Positions 30,545 to 42,395 of a stretch of 64,000 nucleotides of DNA are shown here, piece by piece (the first letter of the stretch is position 1; the number at the start of each line of letters is the position of its first letter). Position numbers and translations under genes: made by a program. This stretch comes from a virus. The notes below the pieces were generated by a model. It was not told the origin of the DNA and made no database searches. It saw only the letters and a program-made list of their open reading frames with translations. The DNA lies in IMG/VR virus record IMGVR_UViG_3300010391_001464, positions 26,145 through 90,144 of that record; one strand, written 5' to 3'.

Positions 30545-31498
30545 ATGAATAACTACGAAGAAAATAAAATACTAGAAGTAGTAACTGGTTCTAATTTATA
30601 TGGAACCAACACTCCTTCTTCCGATAAAGATTATGTAGATGTTATGATAGGAGATATAAATACTTATCTAGGACTTGAAAAAGTTAAAGAGGTAGACCTA
30701 TCAATAAAATCAAAAGACGAAAATGGAGAAAATAATAAAAATGCAGTAGATAGGAAATTATATGAGTTAAGAAATTTTATAGGATTAGCTATGCAAAATA
30801 ATCCCAATTTAATAGAAATATTATTTGTAAATAAAGAGAATATAGTTTCTATAAATGACTTTGGAAATCGTCTTTTAGAAAATAAACATTTATTTCCATG
30901 GAAGGGCGCAAAACAAAAATTTTTAGGATATGCATTTAGTCAAAAGCATCATATGATAATAAGAACTGAGAGCTTTTTTGAATTAAATGCTGCATTTAAT
31001 TATATATCTGAGAATCTACATTCGTTCCATGAAATATTTGGTAACAAACTATTAGCAGAATTTAGAGATAAAAATTTACCATTTTTAAATTTTACTAAAG
31101 GAACTTCATGTTCAATAGGAGACTTAAGTTTTGACATATCGAGAAAAATGAAAGATGTTGTTAAGATATTAAATGATAGAATAAGTAAAGCAACTAATAG
31201 AGCTGGACTAATGGAAAAGTATGGATATGATACTAAATTTGCTTCCCATTTAGTCCGGCTTTTATTAGAAGGGAAAGAACTTTTACTAACTGGAGAAATA
31301 AAATTTCCATTAAGTTATAGAAATTTTTTATTAGAGATAAAACAAGGTAAATATTCTATAAAACATGTATTGGATCTTGCAGATAGTATAGAATCTGAAT
31401 TTGAAGAAATAACAAATAAAAGTAAACTTCCTTCAAAACCAAAATATGATGAAATAAATAATCTTTTAATTGATATGGTTAAAGAGTCATTATTCTAA
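30545..31498 (+). CDS. Pol-beta-superfamily nucleotidyltransferase (phage type)
   Basis: GSNLYGTNTPSSDKD, NPN.IE.LF, YDTKFASH.VRL. Confidence 0.85.
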   Translation: MNNYEENKILEVVTGSNLYGTNTPSSDKDYVDVMIGDINTYLGLEKVKEVDLSIKSKDENGENNKNAVDRKLYELRNFIGLAMQNNPNLIEILFVNKENIVSINDFGNRLLENKHLFPWKGAKQKFLGYAFSQKHHMIIRTESFFELNAAFNYISENLHSFHEIFGNKLLAEFRDKNLPFLNFTKGTSCSIGDLSFDISRKMKDVVKILNDRISKATNRAGLMEKYGYDTKFASHLVRLLLEGKELLLTGEIKFPLSYRNFLLEIKQGKYSIKHVLDLADSIESEFEEITNKSKLPSKPKYDEINNLLIDMVKESLF

Positions 31499-31511
31499 GG
31501 AATAATAATTA

Positions 31512-31754
31512 ATGAATAGCTTCAAGTATTTTAAAAATTCAGAGTGTAAATTCTTTCCATGCCATCATATGTGTGGAGATTTTTATAACTGTCTTTTCTG
31601 TTTTTGTCCAATTTACAAATTCAAATGTAAAGGTAATTATAAATTAAAAGATGGAATAAAAGATTGCTCTAATTGTATTTTACCACATGAAGAAACTGGA
31701 TGGGATTATGTAGTTAATTTTTTAAAAAAACATCATTTCGAAAGAAAGGAGTGA
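31512..31754 (+). CDS. Cysteine-rich small domain protein
   Basis: CKFFPCH, NCLFCFCP, KDCSNC.LPH. Confidence 0.75.
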   Translation: MNSFKYFKNSECKFFPCHHMCGDFYNCLFCFCPIYKFKCKGNYKLKDGIKDCSNCILPHEETGWDYVVNFLKKHHFERKE

Positions 31755-31764
31755 GATCCTATTA

Positions 31765-32262
31765 ATGGAGTCGGTAGTATTATTAAATCAAGATTTTTCT
31801 TTTATACAAGTTATTAATTGGCAACGAGCACTTCGGTTACTTATAAAAAAGAAAGTTGAAGTAATTGAATATACAGATAAAGTTGTAAAAAATGAAGAAA
31901 GAACATTTGTTATAACTTTACCCAGAATTTTAAAACTTATTTATTATGTTAAGAATTTCTACAAGAAGAAAGTAAAATTCAACAGAAAAAATATGCTTCT
32001 TAGAGATAATTATGAATGTGCTTATTGTGGAACTACCGGCAACAAAAATAATAAGCTCACTATGGATCATATAATTCCTAAGTCAAAAGGTGGTAAAAGT
32101 ACTTTTGAAAATACAGTTACTTGTTGTACCTCATGTAATAGTAAAAAGAAGAATAGAACTCCTGAAGAATCAGGAATGGTTTTAATAAAGAAAGCATATG
32201 AACCAACACGTTATGATTTATTTAAAGACCAAATCTCTAATATAATTGCAAGATTTTTATAA
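31765..32262 (+). CDS. HNH endonuclease (McrA/HNH_5-like)
   Basis: RDNYECAYCG, TMDHIIPKSKGG, N.V.CC..CN..K. Confidence 0.9.
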   Translation: MESVVLLNQDFSFIQVINWQRALRLLIKKKVEVIEYTDKVVKNEERTFVITLPRILKLIYYVKNFYKKKVKFNRKNMLLRDNYECAYCGTTGNKNNKLTMDHIIPKSKGGKSTFENTVTCCTSCNSKKKNRTPEESGMVLIKKAYEPTRYDLFKDQISNIIARFL

Positions 32263-33057
32263 GGAGAAGTATGTTACAAAGACTAAAACAAATTTTTAGA
32301 AACTCATTTACATTTCACAATCAATGGACATCAGTGTGGTTAAAACAAATAATATGGTTTAATATTAATTTTAGTACAGAATCACATAGATCTGTAATCA
32401 ATCTTAAAATTATAAGTTTTGAATTATATCTTTGCGGTTTTGGTATTATTATTGATATCTTCATATGAGGATAATAAATGAACGAAAAAGAAAAACACAT
32501 CGTAGGGATGTTATTATTACTTCAAGCTCATTCTGACCCAAATTCAGACTTTACAAAAAATGGCTTTTGTTGTGTAGGTTATGATTCATCACATAAAATT
32601 ATAAGTCCAACTATATATGAAGTTCCAACTTCAATATTATTTTCTATAGTAAAAGTAGGAGATATATTAGAAAAAATTAAAAATGATGACTCTATAGAAT
32701 TTCTAGATGTTGCTATCACTGGAAAAAGAATAGTTCCAGTACTTAAAGATAAAAATCTTAAGGATTAACTAGGAAAAAATGAATGACTTAGAAAAAGATT
32801 TATGTAAAAAAAATGCTTTCTCTTCAAGGATATCTAGAACCAACAAGAGCAGGATATTGCTTTGTAGTTTTTGATGATAAACATCTAGAACCAACTAGTA
32901 TTCTTAATGATTCAATACATATATTAAATATAGAAACTATGGAATTAGGAAAAATTATTGACATTATTAATGAAGATAAAGTTAAATTAGTAGATTTTAC
33001 GGTAATACATAAATTTATTTGTCCAGTATTCGATAGAGTACTTGTATAGATTAAAAT

Positions 33058-33131
33058 GGGGCCATAGTTTAGAGGGAAAACAACACGTTTGCACCGTGTA
33101 GTCCAGAGTTCAAGTCTCTGTGGTTCCACCA
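33058..33131 (+). tRNA. tRNA-Ala(UGC)
   Basis: Cloverleaf, anticodon loop TTTGCAC, G3:U70, CCA end. Confidence 0.92.
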
Positions 33132-33201
33132 GTCTATTATAATCCTCCACCATTAATAGAGTGAATTATTAAAACTCTACCATAGAGGTTAATATATAAA
33201 A

Positions 33202-33570
33202 ATGAAAGTGATTATCGCAGGAACTAGAACATTTAATGATTATAAACTTCTTAAATCAAATTTAGATATATTTAAAAATCATATTGAAATATATCATAAA
33301 GATAAACTACCTATCATAATAATTTCAGGTAGTGCTAGAGGAGCTGATTCTCTAGGTAAAAGATATGCTATAGAAAATAATTTACAAGTTAAAGAATATC
33401 CAGCAGATTGGGATAAATATGGTAAATCTGCTGGATATCGTAGAAATGAAGAAATGGGAAAGATAGCAGATGTTCTTATATGTTTTTGGGATGGAAGGTC
33501 TAAAGGAACATTACACATGTTAAATATAATGAAGAAATTAAAAAAAGAGTGGAAGATTATTTATTTTTAA
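33202..33570 (+). CDS. SLOG/YspA-like (DUF2493) protein
   Basis: IIAGTR.F, SG.ARGAD, ADW..YGKSAG..RN..M, FWDG.SKGT. Confidence 0.85.
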   Translation: MKVIIAGTRTFNDYKLLKSNLDIFKNHIEIYHKDKLPIIIISGSARGADSLGKRYAIENNLQVKEYPADWDKYGKSAGYRRNEEMGKIADVLICFWDGRSKGTLHMLNIMKKLKKEWKIIYF

Positions 33571-35363
33571 GGAATTTAAAATGACTGAAAAAGCAAGTCT
33601 AAAAGTATTTTTTACTATCCTAGGAGTTGACCAAATAAAAACATCAGTAACATATGAAGGAATAACTAAAGAACGTATAACCAATAAACAAAAAAGAGTT
33701 TATGAAACTATGAATTTAATAAAAGAAATAATAATAGAAAAACATGGTCCGGACAGTTTTAAAGGATAATTATAAAATTAGTTTGTTTCTTATTTAAAAA
33801 ATAAGAACAAAATTATAAATAAAATAATCAATGTATAATAAGGAGATTTAAAAATGGTAAGGCTTCAAGATTCAATTCATTTTCCTAAATATATTAGGAC
33901 TAATGAAAAATGTAGTATTGTAGAAAAGGGACATAGATGTGAAAATAAAGCTGAAATAGAAATGATAGTTGATGGAGATAAAATTTCTACAATAGTAAAA
34001 TTCTGTGATACTCATGCTAAACTTTATGATGAACAATCTTATAATGAGTTAAAGTATAGAGATGAATCTTAATAACGGAGGAAATATGTTAATATGTGAA
34101 TGTGGAAATTCTACTAAATTTTATGAAAGAATTGTGACCGTATATAAGGTTGATGAGGTGGGAACTAGGCATCTTAGAGAAGGACAAGTTACTAGACAAT
34201 ATTTTTGTGCTAATTGTATAAATATGAAGGAGGTATTTAAAAGTGAAAAATCCATATGTGGGACTTACTCATATACTACCAACATGGGAGTGGCTCCTAA
34301 AGTTGTGGAAAAAGATTCTGTGTAAAAGAGGATGGCATTTATTTGATGAAGTATATTCACCACCTAATCATTATCTTTCATGTGATGCTTGTGACCTAGA
34401 TGTACATATTGAAAAAATAGAGGAGCATAAAAATGATTAGAAAAAAGTGTCCAGTTTGTAATAACAATATTGTTTTTGATTTTGTAGTTCCTACTAAACA
34501 TTTCTATATTAGTGAAGTTGGTGAAATCAAGAGGGAAGAGTCCAGTATATGGATGGAAAATGCACGTTCACATTGTATTACACAATGTGATTCTCCAGGA
34601 CTAGAATTTTATTGTAATCTAGACAAAGATCATAATATTGATACTCTGGAAATTATTGAATGGATGGATCAAGTTGAAATTGAATTTAGAGAAAAGAAAT
34701 GTTTAGATTTAATAGGAGAATAAATTGTCCTTCATATATAATATTTTAATTGGATTAGGTATTATTTTAGGAATTTATATTTATGTAGTTTTAGTACTTA
34801 AAAACTTTAGAAGATTAGAACGTATTATAGGTTGTAATTATTACAGTGATTATTTTGAAATCCTAGAATTAAAACATAAAACTATAATAGTTTTATGTTT
34901 TATCCCTTGTTCACTTAATATCTTACAACAAACAGAAAGATTTATAAAAAGATTTATAGAACATTTTAATTTTACTAAAAAATATATAGAATATGACAAT
35001 TCGCTTGAAAAAATTATAGATAATGTAAGGAAATAGGAGAAGTAATGGATATTAAACTAATATTATTAGTAATATTTGGGTTCTCTCTTTTGGGATTTGC
35101 ATATGTTATGACTGTATTATTAAATTTTAGTTTTATAAAAGATTCATACATAAGTAAAACTAAACTATTTAAATATATAAAATTAAAAAATATAACTATA
35201 GTAATAATAGCTTTTATACCTTTTTCTATAAACTTTATTTTTCTCTTAGAACATTTATATAAGAAACTTAAAGAAGCTATAAAATTTCTGAAAGAATATA
35301 TTGCTTATGATAAATCGATCGAAAAGATTATAGATAAATCTAGAGAATAGAGGTAATGAATAA

Positions 35364-36221
35364 GTGGTAAAAGAAAATCTACCTGATGTTCAAGAAACTA
35401 AACCGAAGATTCAAATACCAATTAATCAAGTTGGTGTAGAAAATGTAGAAGTTCCTTTCATGCTACAAACTAAAAATGGTCCTTTTCATGAGCTTACTGC
35501 AAAGACATCAATTCGTACTAATTTAGGTTCAAATAAAAAAGGAATATCAATGTCAAGGCTAATATTAACATTAAGACCTTTTTTAATGAAACCTTTAAAA
35601 CACTTCTTAATTAATGATATTCTAACACAATTAAAAACAAATTTAGGAACAGATGATAGTTTCATCAAATTTGAATTTAAACTTCCCCTGATTAAAAAAT
35701 CACCAAAGTCAGAAAATGAATTTCCTTTATATTATAATTGTCAATTTGAAGGAAAATTAGTAAATGATAAATTCTCATTTTATCAGGCAGTTAAAGTTCA
35801 ATATGCATCTTATTGTCCATGTTCTGCAGAATTGTCAAAAGATTTATTAAATAAGGGTTACTCATCTCAAGGATTTCCTCATGCTCAAAGATCATATGCA
35901 ACTGTAGCAATTGAACCAGTAAAAGATAAATATATATGGTTAGAAGATATTATTGAACTAGTTGAAAAGTCTATTGCTACAATTCCATATCCAATTATTA
36001 AAAGAATAGATGAACAAGAAATAGCTCGAATTGCGTCTGAAAATCCTATTTTCGTTGAAGATGCTATTCGACAAATATCTAGCAGTTTAAATTCAAAAAG
36101 TGAAATATATGATTGGATTATAAAATGTTCTCACGAAGAGTCTATACATACTCATGAAGCTATTGCTATATCATATAAAGGAATAAAAGAAGGATTTAAC
36201 GATAGATCTTTTATAATATAG
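35364..36221 (+). CDS. folE2: GTP cyclohydrolase IB
   Basis: LPDVQ, KGISMSR, CPCS, HAQRS, KR.DE, FVED..R, ESIH.H.A. Confidence 0.93.
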   Translation: MVKENLPDVQETKPKIQIPINQVGVENVEVPFMLQTKNGPFHELTAKTSIRTNLGSNKKGISMSRLILTLRPFLMKPLKHFLINDILTQLKTNLGTDDSFIKFEFKLPLIKKSPKSENEFPLYYNCQFEGKLVNDKFSFYQAVKVQYASYCPCSAELSKDLLNKGYSSQGFPHAQRSYATVAIEPVKDKYIWLEDIIELVEKSIATIPYPIIKRIDEQEIARIASENPIFVEDAIRQISSSLNSKSEIYDWIIKCSHEESIHTHEAIAISYKGIKEGFNDRSFII

Positions 36222-36872
36222 TAAAGATAGGAATTTATAAGATGGAATATGAAAAAACTGAAGACACGCCAGGAGATCTAATATTATCTATCACACAAGA
36301 ACTTTATAGTTCTGATATATCTATAATTATTAAAAATTTAAATAATAAACCTATTATAAAAATAGTAAAAAATCGAATGGGAAATAATATTTCTTATACT
36401 AATGGAAAAGAATTTATACCATTTGCAGCTTGGTTATTAGCTATAATGAGAGACAAAAAAAGTGGTATAAAATTTTTTGAAGAAGCTACAGTTAAAGATA
36501 TTCAAGAAAAGATAGAAGAATTAATGAGACCTTATATGGATGAAAAGATGGATGTACCTGACATACCTGGAGGTATATAATAGAAATGAAATTTCCAAAA
36601 ATCCCATTTGATAGAAAAGATATATTTGAATCAGATTTAAATTTTTCTTGTAGTATAGATGAACATATTGAAAAACCTATAATACTTGTTGGAACGAATA
36701 GATATCTTATAATAGATAGTATAAAAAATTTAAATGATACAATAGATCTAGTTACTCATATGTTAGTAGCAATGAGGCCAGATAGGACAAAAATAAGATT
36801 ATTTGAAGATGGTATTAAAGAAGAAGTAAAGAATGAAATAAAAAAACTAATGAAAAATATACGGAGGAAATA

Positions 36873-37997
36873 ATGACAAAGCCTAAGGAAGTCGCAAAAT
36901 CTCTGAAGGAGATTTTAGTAAATAATGATATGAAAATAATTCTTGACAAATCATCTAATATAGAACCTATTATAGAAAAAGTAATTGATTGGTGGTCTTA
37001 TGATTTATACTCAAGGAGACCTGGTCCAGCATATACAGATGATAATGTATTCCAAGGTACTGATTTAGATATGGCTGCATTTTTATATGCTTTATCTGAT
37101 AGAGGTGCTGCAATAAATATTCCATCATATGATAGAATGAGAAAATCTAGACTAAAAGAAGGACAAATTATAATCTCAAAAGAAAATAGACATGGTGAAA
37201 TTGTAGGCCTTACTGCTAATAAAGAAACATTTACTTTTTCTGTAAAAATTAAAGATATGAATGTTATGAAAAGTAATGGTTTTGGAGATTTTAGAAACTT
37301 TTCTCTAACAGATATGGATGGTTCATGGTATGAAGGATGGAAACAAATTCAATTTATTCCATCAGAAAAAGAAGATAATTTTTTGAATGAATTTAGAGTA
37401 AAAGCAAATCATAATACTGTAATGTTTAAGAATTTTATTCATCCCAATAGGTGGATTAGTTTTTTCGGTCAATATTATTTTATAACAAAAGCACTTATAA
37501 ATAGATTAGACGAAGAGTCAAAAGATTTAAATATTCAAATAAAAAGAATGTTAGAGAATGGGATTAATTACCCTCCTATAAGTGAAGAAGCTCAATCTAA
37601 ACCAGCATCAATTCCTCAAGAGAATGGAAAACGAATTAATGTTAAGGCATTTGAAGTTGAGATTGATGTTCCTAATAATAGTACTAAATTTCCAGTATAT
37701 TCAGATAGTCAGGAAAATTTAATATTAATTACTAGAAAAAGAAAAGATTATGTATATAAAATAATTCCTAAGTTACGTTTTGCAACTAGAGCAACAGAAT
37801 ATGCTTATTATTCAAATGGAGAAGGAAAATTTCCAACATGGTTAGAAAATGTAAAATGGGAAGCAGATTATATACAAAAAGGAAAAAGAAAAAAATGGGA
37901 TAGATTAGTTTTATTTCAACCTAGTGTCGGTGAAATAGGTGTTTCTATAAGAAAAAGAGACTATGATAAAGTTGAGGTAGTATCAGAAAATTATTAA
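36873..37997 (+). CDS. Hypothetical protein
   Basis: 374-aa ORF, TAATG overlap with upstream gene. Confidence 0.7.
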   Translation: MTKPKEVAKSLKEILVNNDMKIILDKSSNIEPIIEKVIDWWSYDLYSRRPGPAYTDDNVFQGTDLDMAAFLYALSDRGAAINIPSYDRMRKSRLKEGQIIISKENRHGEIVGLTANKETFTFSVKIKDMNVMKSNGFGDFRNFSLTDMDGSWYEGWKQIQFIPSEKEDNFLNEFRVKANHNTVMFKNFIHPNRWISFFGQYYFITKALINRLDEESKDLNIQIKRMLENGINYPPISEEAQSKPASIPQENGKRINVKAFEVEIDVPNNSTKFPVYSDSQENLILITRKRKDYVYKIIPKLRFATRATEYAYYSNGEGKFPTWLENVKWEADYIQKGKRKKWDRLVLFQPSVGEIGVSIRKRDYDKVEVVSENY

Positions 37998-38275
37998 GGA
38001 GACATAGAGAAGATGGATGAGATTTTATTTTGGATATTAATAGCTATTGCTCTTGCAGCTATAGTATCATCATAAGTCGGAGGAATATGGATATAGATAA
38101 ATTAAAAAAAGTTTTAGATCAAAATTTTGGAGAACCATTCTTACCTAAAGGTAAGGTAGAAACTAGTATTAGAACTGTTGGAAGAAGAGATATTGAATTA
38201 GACAATAATTTAAATGTTGTAAGCTCAGGAACTTGTTTGATAGAGGATTATATAACAGTAGAGGAATAATGAAAA

Positions 38276-39208
38276 TTGAATTATAAAGAATACGGATATG
38301 GTGTTGGTAGTACTGCAGGAAAATATCTTAGAAATGAATTATTAAAAATACAAGAATATAAATGTGCTATTTGTGATGAAAAATTTAAAACAAAAAGAAC
38401 TACAAATATGGATCATAATCATAAAACAAATGATATAAGAGGATTATTATGTAATAATTGCAATTCAATTTTAGGTTTTTCTAAAGAAAATATAGAAATT
38501 CTACAAAAATCAATTAAATATTTAAATAAACAATATAATCATAATGAAAAAATTAAGAATTTAATTGGTTCAAAAAGAAATATTTATAAAATAAATTTAT
38601 GGTTAAAACAAGAAAATAGTTGTGCTATTTGTGAAATTAAATATCAAGAATTAGATAAAACTATTCATCTAGATCATAATCATGAAGATGGTATCATAAG
38701 AGGTATGTTGTGTCAATATTGTAATTGGATTTTAGGACATTGTAATGATAATATAAAAATACTTAATGAATCTATTAAATATCTTGAAAATAATGGATTA
38801 AAAAATATTATAAAAATAATTGAACCTAATATTAAATTAATAAAGGAAAAAACTTTTAAAGATAAATTCATTAAAATAGGACAGAAATTAAAATGGAGAA
38901 AGAAAAAACCATTTTCTGAAGAGACAAAAAGAAGAATGAGTGAATCAAGTAAAGGGAAAAAGAAAAACCCGACATCTGAAGAAACAAAATTAAAAATAAG
39001 TAAATCAACTAAAGGAAAAAATAAGAAGCCATTTTCAGATGATCATAAAAAACATTTAAGTGAATCAAATAAAGGAAAAAGATTAGGAACAAGAAAACCA
39101 ATGTCAATAGAAGCAAAAATAAATATGAAAAAAGGACAAAAAAGAAGACGTGATATAGAAAAAATGGAGAATCTAAATGAAAATAGAAACTATAATGGAA
39201 CTATATGA
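38276..39208 (+). mobile_element. Homing endonuclease with two EndoVII-type domains and NUMOD3 repeats
   Basis: Two copies of CAIC...DHNH...RG.LC..CN..LG; SEETK repeats. Confidence 0.85.
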
Positions 39209-39533
39209 AAAAGAGCGTTTATATCAAGAAAAAGTATTTGGAGATTATGAAAATAATCCGGCTTTAAATGTTGCGTCATTTCTTAATTTTATAGAGATGT
39301 ATTTAGAAAAAGCAAAAAAATCATATGCCGAGCCATGGACTCATTATGAAAAGTTTCCTGAATGGTTTACTACATGTAAAGAACATAGTACCCAAGATAT
39401 GGCACCAGTAAAAACATATGAGTACCTAATAAAAATAATGGTCCTAGCTGGTGCAGCATTAGAAGCATATTCGGAATTAGATCCTGATTTTTGGCGAGAA
39501 GATAATAAACCAAAAGAAAAATGGACTAGGTAG
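39177..39533 (+). CDS. Hypothetical protein (MazG-like helical fold possible)
   Basis: ER.YQ...G and LIKI..LA.AALE. Confidence 0.45.
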   Translation: MKIETIMELYEKERLYQEKVFGDYENNPALNVASFLNFIEMYLEKAKKSYAEPWTHYEKFPEWFTTCKEHSTQDMAPVKTYEYLIKIMVLAGAALEAYSELDPDFWREDNKPKEKWTR

Positions 39534-39536
39534 TTT

Positions 39537-39551
39537 CTATATATATTAATT
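39537..39551 (+). promoter_or_regulatory. CTATATATATTAATT motif copy
   Basis: Exact repeat, upstream of ORF 39585. Confidence 0.6.
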
Positions 39552-39584
39552 AGAAATAAAGAATTTTGGTTCGGAGGTTATTCT

Positions 39585-40328
39585 ATGAAAGGAAATCTTT
39601 CAGAGGTTTTAAAAAGAAAAGAAGTTATACAAGAAAAACCAAGAGAAGATGAATTAGATATTCCTGATAAAACTACTCCAGTTGAAGCAACTAGTAGTTC
39701 AGTTATCGAAGAAGAAAAAAGAAGTATAGATATTGGGTTTACAAATCTTTCATCCTGGTTTATAGAAAATGTTAAGAATTTTCCAAATATAAAACAAGTA
39801 AAAGTAAGCATCCAAGGAATAGATCCCAATAAGACTTTAATATATTCAGAACCAGAACCTACTCCTACTGATCCAAACAACAGGAAACTGCAAGTTATTT
39901 ATAATGCAATTGATACTCCAGTTTTAAATATACCTGGACAATTATTTGAGACTTATTTTTCTGGATTTAGAGTAATTCATGAAGAAAAAAATGGTATGTT
40001 ATTAAAAGCATATATTGTTAAAACTGGAATGTATATTACTCATTGTATTATAGTAGATGGATTACCAATACCAGTAAAGATTGAAAAAGTCAAAAAGAAA
40101 TCTAAAGGTATAGGACTTTTGAAAGTAGATATTAAAAATATACAGGATAAATTCGACAAGATCGTAGATTTAGAAAATATTCAATTACAATATAAACAAA
40201 TTCAAAAACATATAAAGGATTTAAAAACAATAAAAGATGTAACTATATGGATGCTCCAAAGGCAAAAAGATATATCGGACATAAATCATCATCTTAAGCT
40301 TGACGAGCTTATAATCTCATTATTTTAA
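39585..40328 (+). CDS. Hypothetical protein
   Basis: SD GGAGG; followed by a hairpin at about 40334-40362. Confidence 0.7.
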   Translation: MKGNLSEVLKRKEVIQEKPREDELDIPDKTTPVEATSSSVIEEEKRSIDIGFTNLSSWFIENVKNFPNIKQVKVSIQGIDPNKTLIYSEPEPTPTDPNNRKLQVIYNAIDTPVLNIPGQLFETYFSGFRVIHEEKNGMLLKAYIVKTGMYITHCIIVDGLPIPVKIEKVKKKSKGIGLLKVDIKNIQDKFDKIVDLENIQLQYKQIQKHIKDLKTIKDVTIWMLQRQKDISDINHHLKLDELIISLF

Positions 40329-40575
40329 ATTAGAAGGGAGAGATATTAATATCTCTCCCCTTAATTAAGAAGGTTTAATGAAAAATATTTATTTTTATAA
40401 TGTAAAAATGGGAAGATGTAAACTAGAAGAAAATTTCAAAATATGTCCAAAATGTAAAGGATTTGGGGTTAGAGAATATTATATTACTTTTGATATAATT
40501 AGGCCGCCAGTTTGTGCTTCATGTGATGGAAAGGAATTTTAGACTGGATACAATCATTAATAATGAGAGAATAAA

Positions 40576-41303
40576 ATGAATATAAATCATACTTGTAATC
40601 TTTTTCTAAGAGATATTTATTCATATGATATTGTTTCATGCCATTATACTATCTTAGAAAATTTAGGTATTGATCTATCAAATATTCCAAAAGATGAAAA
40701 AGAATTTAGGAATATTAAAATCGGTTTGTTAATGAAAGATAACCCAAAACTCATTCATATACTAAGGTCAATAACTAATTCAACTATAAGTGAATATATT
40801 TTAAGAAATGAACTAAAAGATAATGAAATTATATTAAGACAATATGATGGTATAATAACTACTAAACCATTAAATGAAACTACTGAAAGATATATGTCAT
40901 TAGAACTCAGATGTATTATTCAACATATGATAATATCTATAGATAGAAATATGTATTTAGCATTTGATGGCAGTAAAGAAATAATAAAGGGTGTACCAAA
41001 TACATATGAAAAAATAGAGGAAGTTTATTCAAAAATTTTACATATAAATTTTTTAAATAAAACTGGAATATTTTTATCTATGCAAAAAATAAAGAATAAA
41101 ATTATAATGTCTGAAGATCCATTATTATTTGCTATTCCTATAAATAATGATCAAAATATAGTATATTTAAAAAATATGGAGAAGTAAAAATATCAAGTGG
41201 AATGGTGAAAGTTATGGACATAAACGATATAGATAGAGTAAAGTATTTTGATTTTTATATAAAACCATTTTTTAAAAGTATAGTAAAAGAGTTTTTGAAG
41301 TAA
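40576..41303 (+). CDS. Minimal family-B polymerase palm-like protein; frameshift near 41175
   Basis: YSYDIVSCH (motif A-like), RQYDGI (motif C-like), IKGV, C-terminal IDRVKY. Confidence 0.45.
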
Positions 41304-41722
41304 GAGGATTAAATGATATTAATAAAATATGATGATTTTTTAAAATTAAGAGAGGAAATAGCTGATAATGGTTTATATGGAGTAGTTATATTTGACGTGA
41401 CTATAAAAAATATTACAGAAAAATTAGATACTTCTATATCTATGATAGAAAAATATATAAATGAATGTTATCCAGATAGAAACCTTGAAGTATCTGATAT
41501 ATATAGATCTGTTCATAAAGTAAAAAGTAGCTTAGGAAGGACTGATTTAATTATAATTGCAAAACCTGATGATTTAGCAATTAATATCATATTAAATTCT
41601 TTTGAAGGTCAACTTAAATTACATACTAAATTTTTTAATAAAGATGAATTTTATAATAGTTTTTTTAGTAATATGTATAAATAAAATTTTAAAGAAAGGT
41701 CAATAAAAAAGAAAGGTTAAAT

Positions 41723-42358
41723 ATGATTGTAGGAAAAACTATTTTAAATTTAGGTGCAGGAAAAAATCTACTTAAGACGAATGACTATCCAGACGGAACT
41801 ATATTTCAAGTAAATGTAGATTCAATTTATGCAAATGAAGAAGTTGAACATATAATTAATATTGAAAAAAAACATAGAAGTTTTGATTTAGATTCTAAAA
41901 TTTATAATAATTTAGGGAGTGTTATATTATATTCTAATTTAGATATATTTGAATTTTTAAATAAATATAAGGTTAGATTTAATTATATTATAATGCATAG
42001 ATTTCTAGAACATGTTTCAAGAAGTAATTTACAATATTTTTTATATCTTTTATCAACAGTTGTAAATTCTGGAGGAATAGTAGATATTATTGTTCCTGAT
42101 AATCATATTCTTTCGAGAAGACTGTTAGTAGAAGAACCCAATTCAAAAGATTGGGATGTTGAAGATACAATTCTTACAACTGAAATAGTAAATGAACCGA
42201 ATATGCCTCATGCTTCTATTTGGACGGTACCTAGGGCTTATAAATATATAGAATTAGAAGGGAGATTTAAGATATATAAAACTGAAACTCCATATATATT
42301 TGATGGTCGAAATATTTATAGGAGAGTATTGGCAATAAGAGAAGATAAAATAAAATAG
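41723..42358 (+). CDS. SAM-dependent methyltransferase-like protein
   Basis: ILNLGAG, FLEH, SGG.V.I.VPD. Confidence 0.65.
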   Translation: MIVGKTILNLGAGKNLLKTNDYPDGTIFQVNVDSIYANEEVEHIINIEKKHRSFDLDSKIYNNLGSVILYSNLDIFEFLNKYKVRFNYIIMHRFLEHVSRSNLQYFLYLLSTVVNSGGIVDIIVPDNHILSRRLLVEEPNSKDWDVEDTILTTEIVNEPNMPHASIWTVPRAYKYIELEGRFKIYKTETPYIFDGRNIYRRVLAIREDKIK

Positions 42359-42395
42359 GAACTCTTATGAGAAAAAAGAAAAGAGGAGATTTAAT

